Below, piece after piece: positions 63,223 through 64,000 of a stretch of DNA of 64,000 nucleotides. Position 1 is the first letter of the stretch. Each line of letters opens with the position of its first letter. Source of the stretch: Octopus vulgaris (lineage: Eukaryota). A model generated the notes under the pieces. It ran no database searches and was not told where the DNA came from. It was given only the letters and a program-made list of their open reading frames with translations. The DNA lies in the NCBI GenBank assembly GCA_951406725.2, contig OX597830.1, positions 52,638,001-52,702,000 of the forward strand, in the 5' to 3' direction. Both the position numbers and the translations under genes were made by a program.

Positions 63223-63533
63223 GAAGGCGCATGGCTCAGTGGTTTGAGCGTCGAGCTTACAATCGTGAGGTTGTGAGCTTGAATCCCAGACCAGGCTGCG
63301 TGTTGTGTTCTTGAGAAAGACACTTTATTTCATATTGCTCCAGTTTACTCAGCTGTAGAAACGAGTTGCGACGTCACAGGTGCCAAGCTGTATCGGCCTT
63401 TGGTGTGGAGAGGGGAGGCCAGTATGCATGGGCGACTGCTAGTCGTCCATAAACAACCTTGCCCGGACTTGTGCCTGGGAGGGTAACTTTCTAGGTGCAA
63501 TCCCATGGTTTGTGTCGTGACCAAAGGGGTTCT
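63223..63533 (+). mobile_element. SINE family C
   Basis: Copy with a short internal deletion, in the intron before exon 63811. Confidence 0.85.
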
Positions 63534-63810
63534 CAAAGTACCTATATGTATCGTAGTGATGGTAATACACTATGTATCACCTATAATACTGTAATCACGC
63601 TCTAAGACATCATTTAGTGAACAATGATGCTGTATATAACACCTGCACATACTGTAGTGATGCTTATACACTGTACATCACATATAGTATTGTAGTAACA
63701 TTCTATTACATCATCCATAGTACTGTAGTGATATTCTAATGCACAATACATACTTTTATTTTTTCCCCCTCTCATCCTGTTCTTCTCTAACATCTGTCAA
63801 CTGATTTCAG

Positions 63811-63852
63811 GTTACCGAAGGCCCACATGGTACTAGCAATATGTGCAGCTAT
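63811..63852 (+). CDS. GRAMD2B: GRAM-domain protein exon starting the predicted C-terminal transmembrane segment (LPKAHMVLAICAA)
   Basis: CTAAC plus TTTCAG acceptor, AT|GTAAGT donor; 42 nt, phase 2 to 2; a hydrophobic run begins here and the gene continues beyond the window. Confidence 0.75.
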
Positions 63853-64000
63853 GTAAGTATCACCATTTCTCAATAGAATCTACTGCTTTATTTGTTGTTG
63901 TTGTTGTTTGAGAGCTCCACCCCCACCAGGGAAACCCAGATCCAACAGACATATCTAGGACCAGCCTGTCTTTTATTCAGTCATCGTGTATGTCAGACTA

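Overview
AT-rich, microsatellite-dense animal genomic DNA. The SINE/RTE repertoire suggests octopus or another cephalopod (inference). The window is mostly intronic sequence of one + strand gene for a GRAM-domain protein of the GRAMD2A/2B type. Ten GT-AG exons join in frame from 36707 to 63852 (GRAM domain, no VASt domain, start of a C-terminal hydrophobic segment), a possible ATG exon lies at 2006-2037, and the gene continues past the window. The introns hold four tRNA-like SINE families, RTE, CR1-like and RLE-type LINE remnants, Helitron remnants (one with Pif1-helicase motifs) and TTAA-flanked MITEs. The main unexpected result is six type I hammerhead-ribozyme motifs of the Penelope-like-element (PLE) kind, in short elements set in (TA)n/(CA)n tracts. 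Four of them have an unusually long (54-64 nt) stem II, and two related copies show compensatory base changes. One catalytically intact, gene-sense hammerhead lies in a 199-bp-arm fold-back, paired with its own antisense copy that carries G12A, about 90 nt upstream of a GRAM exon. Most ORFs in the supplied track are microsatellite or SINE artefacts.
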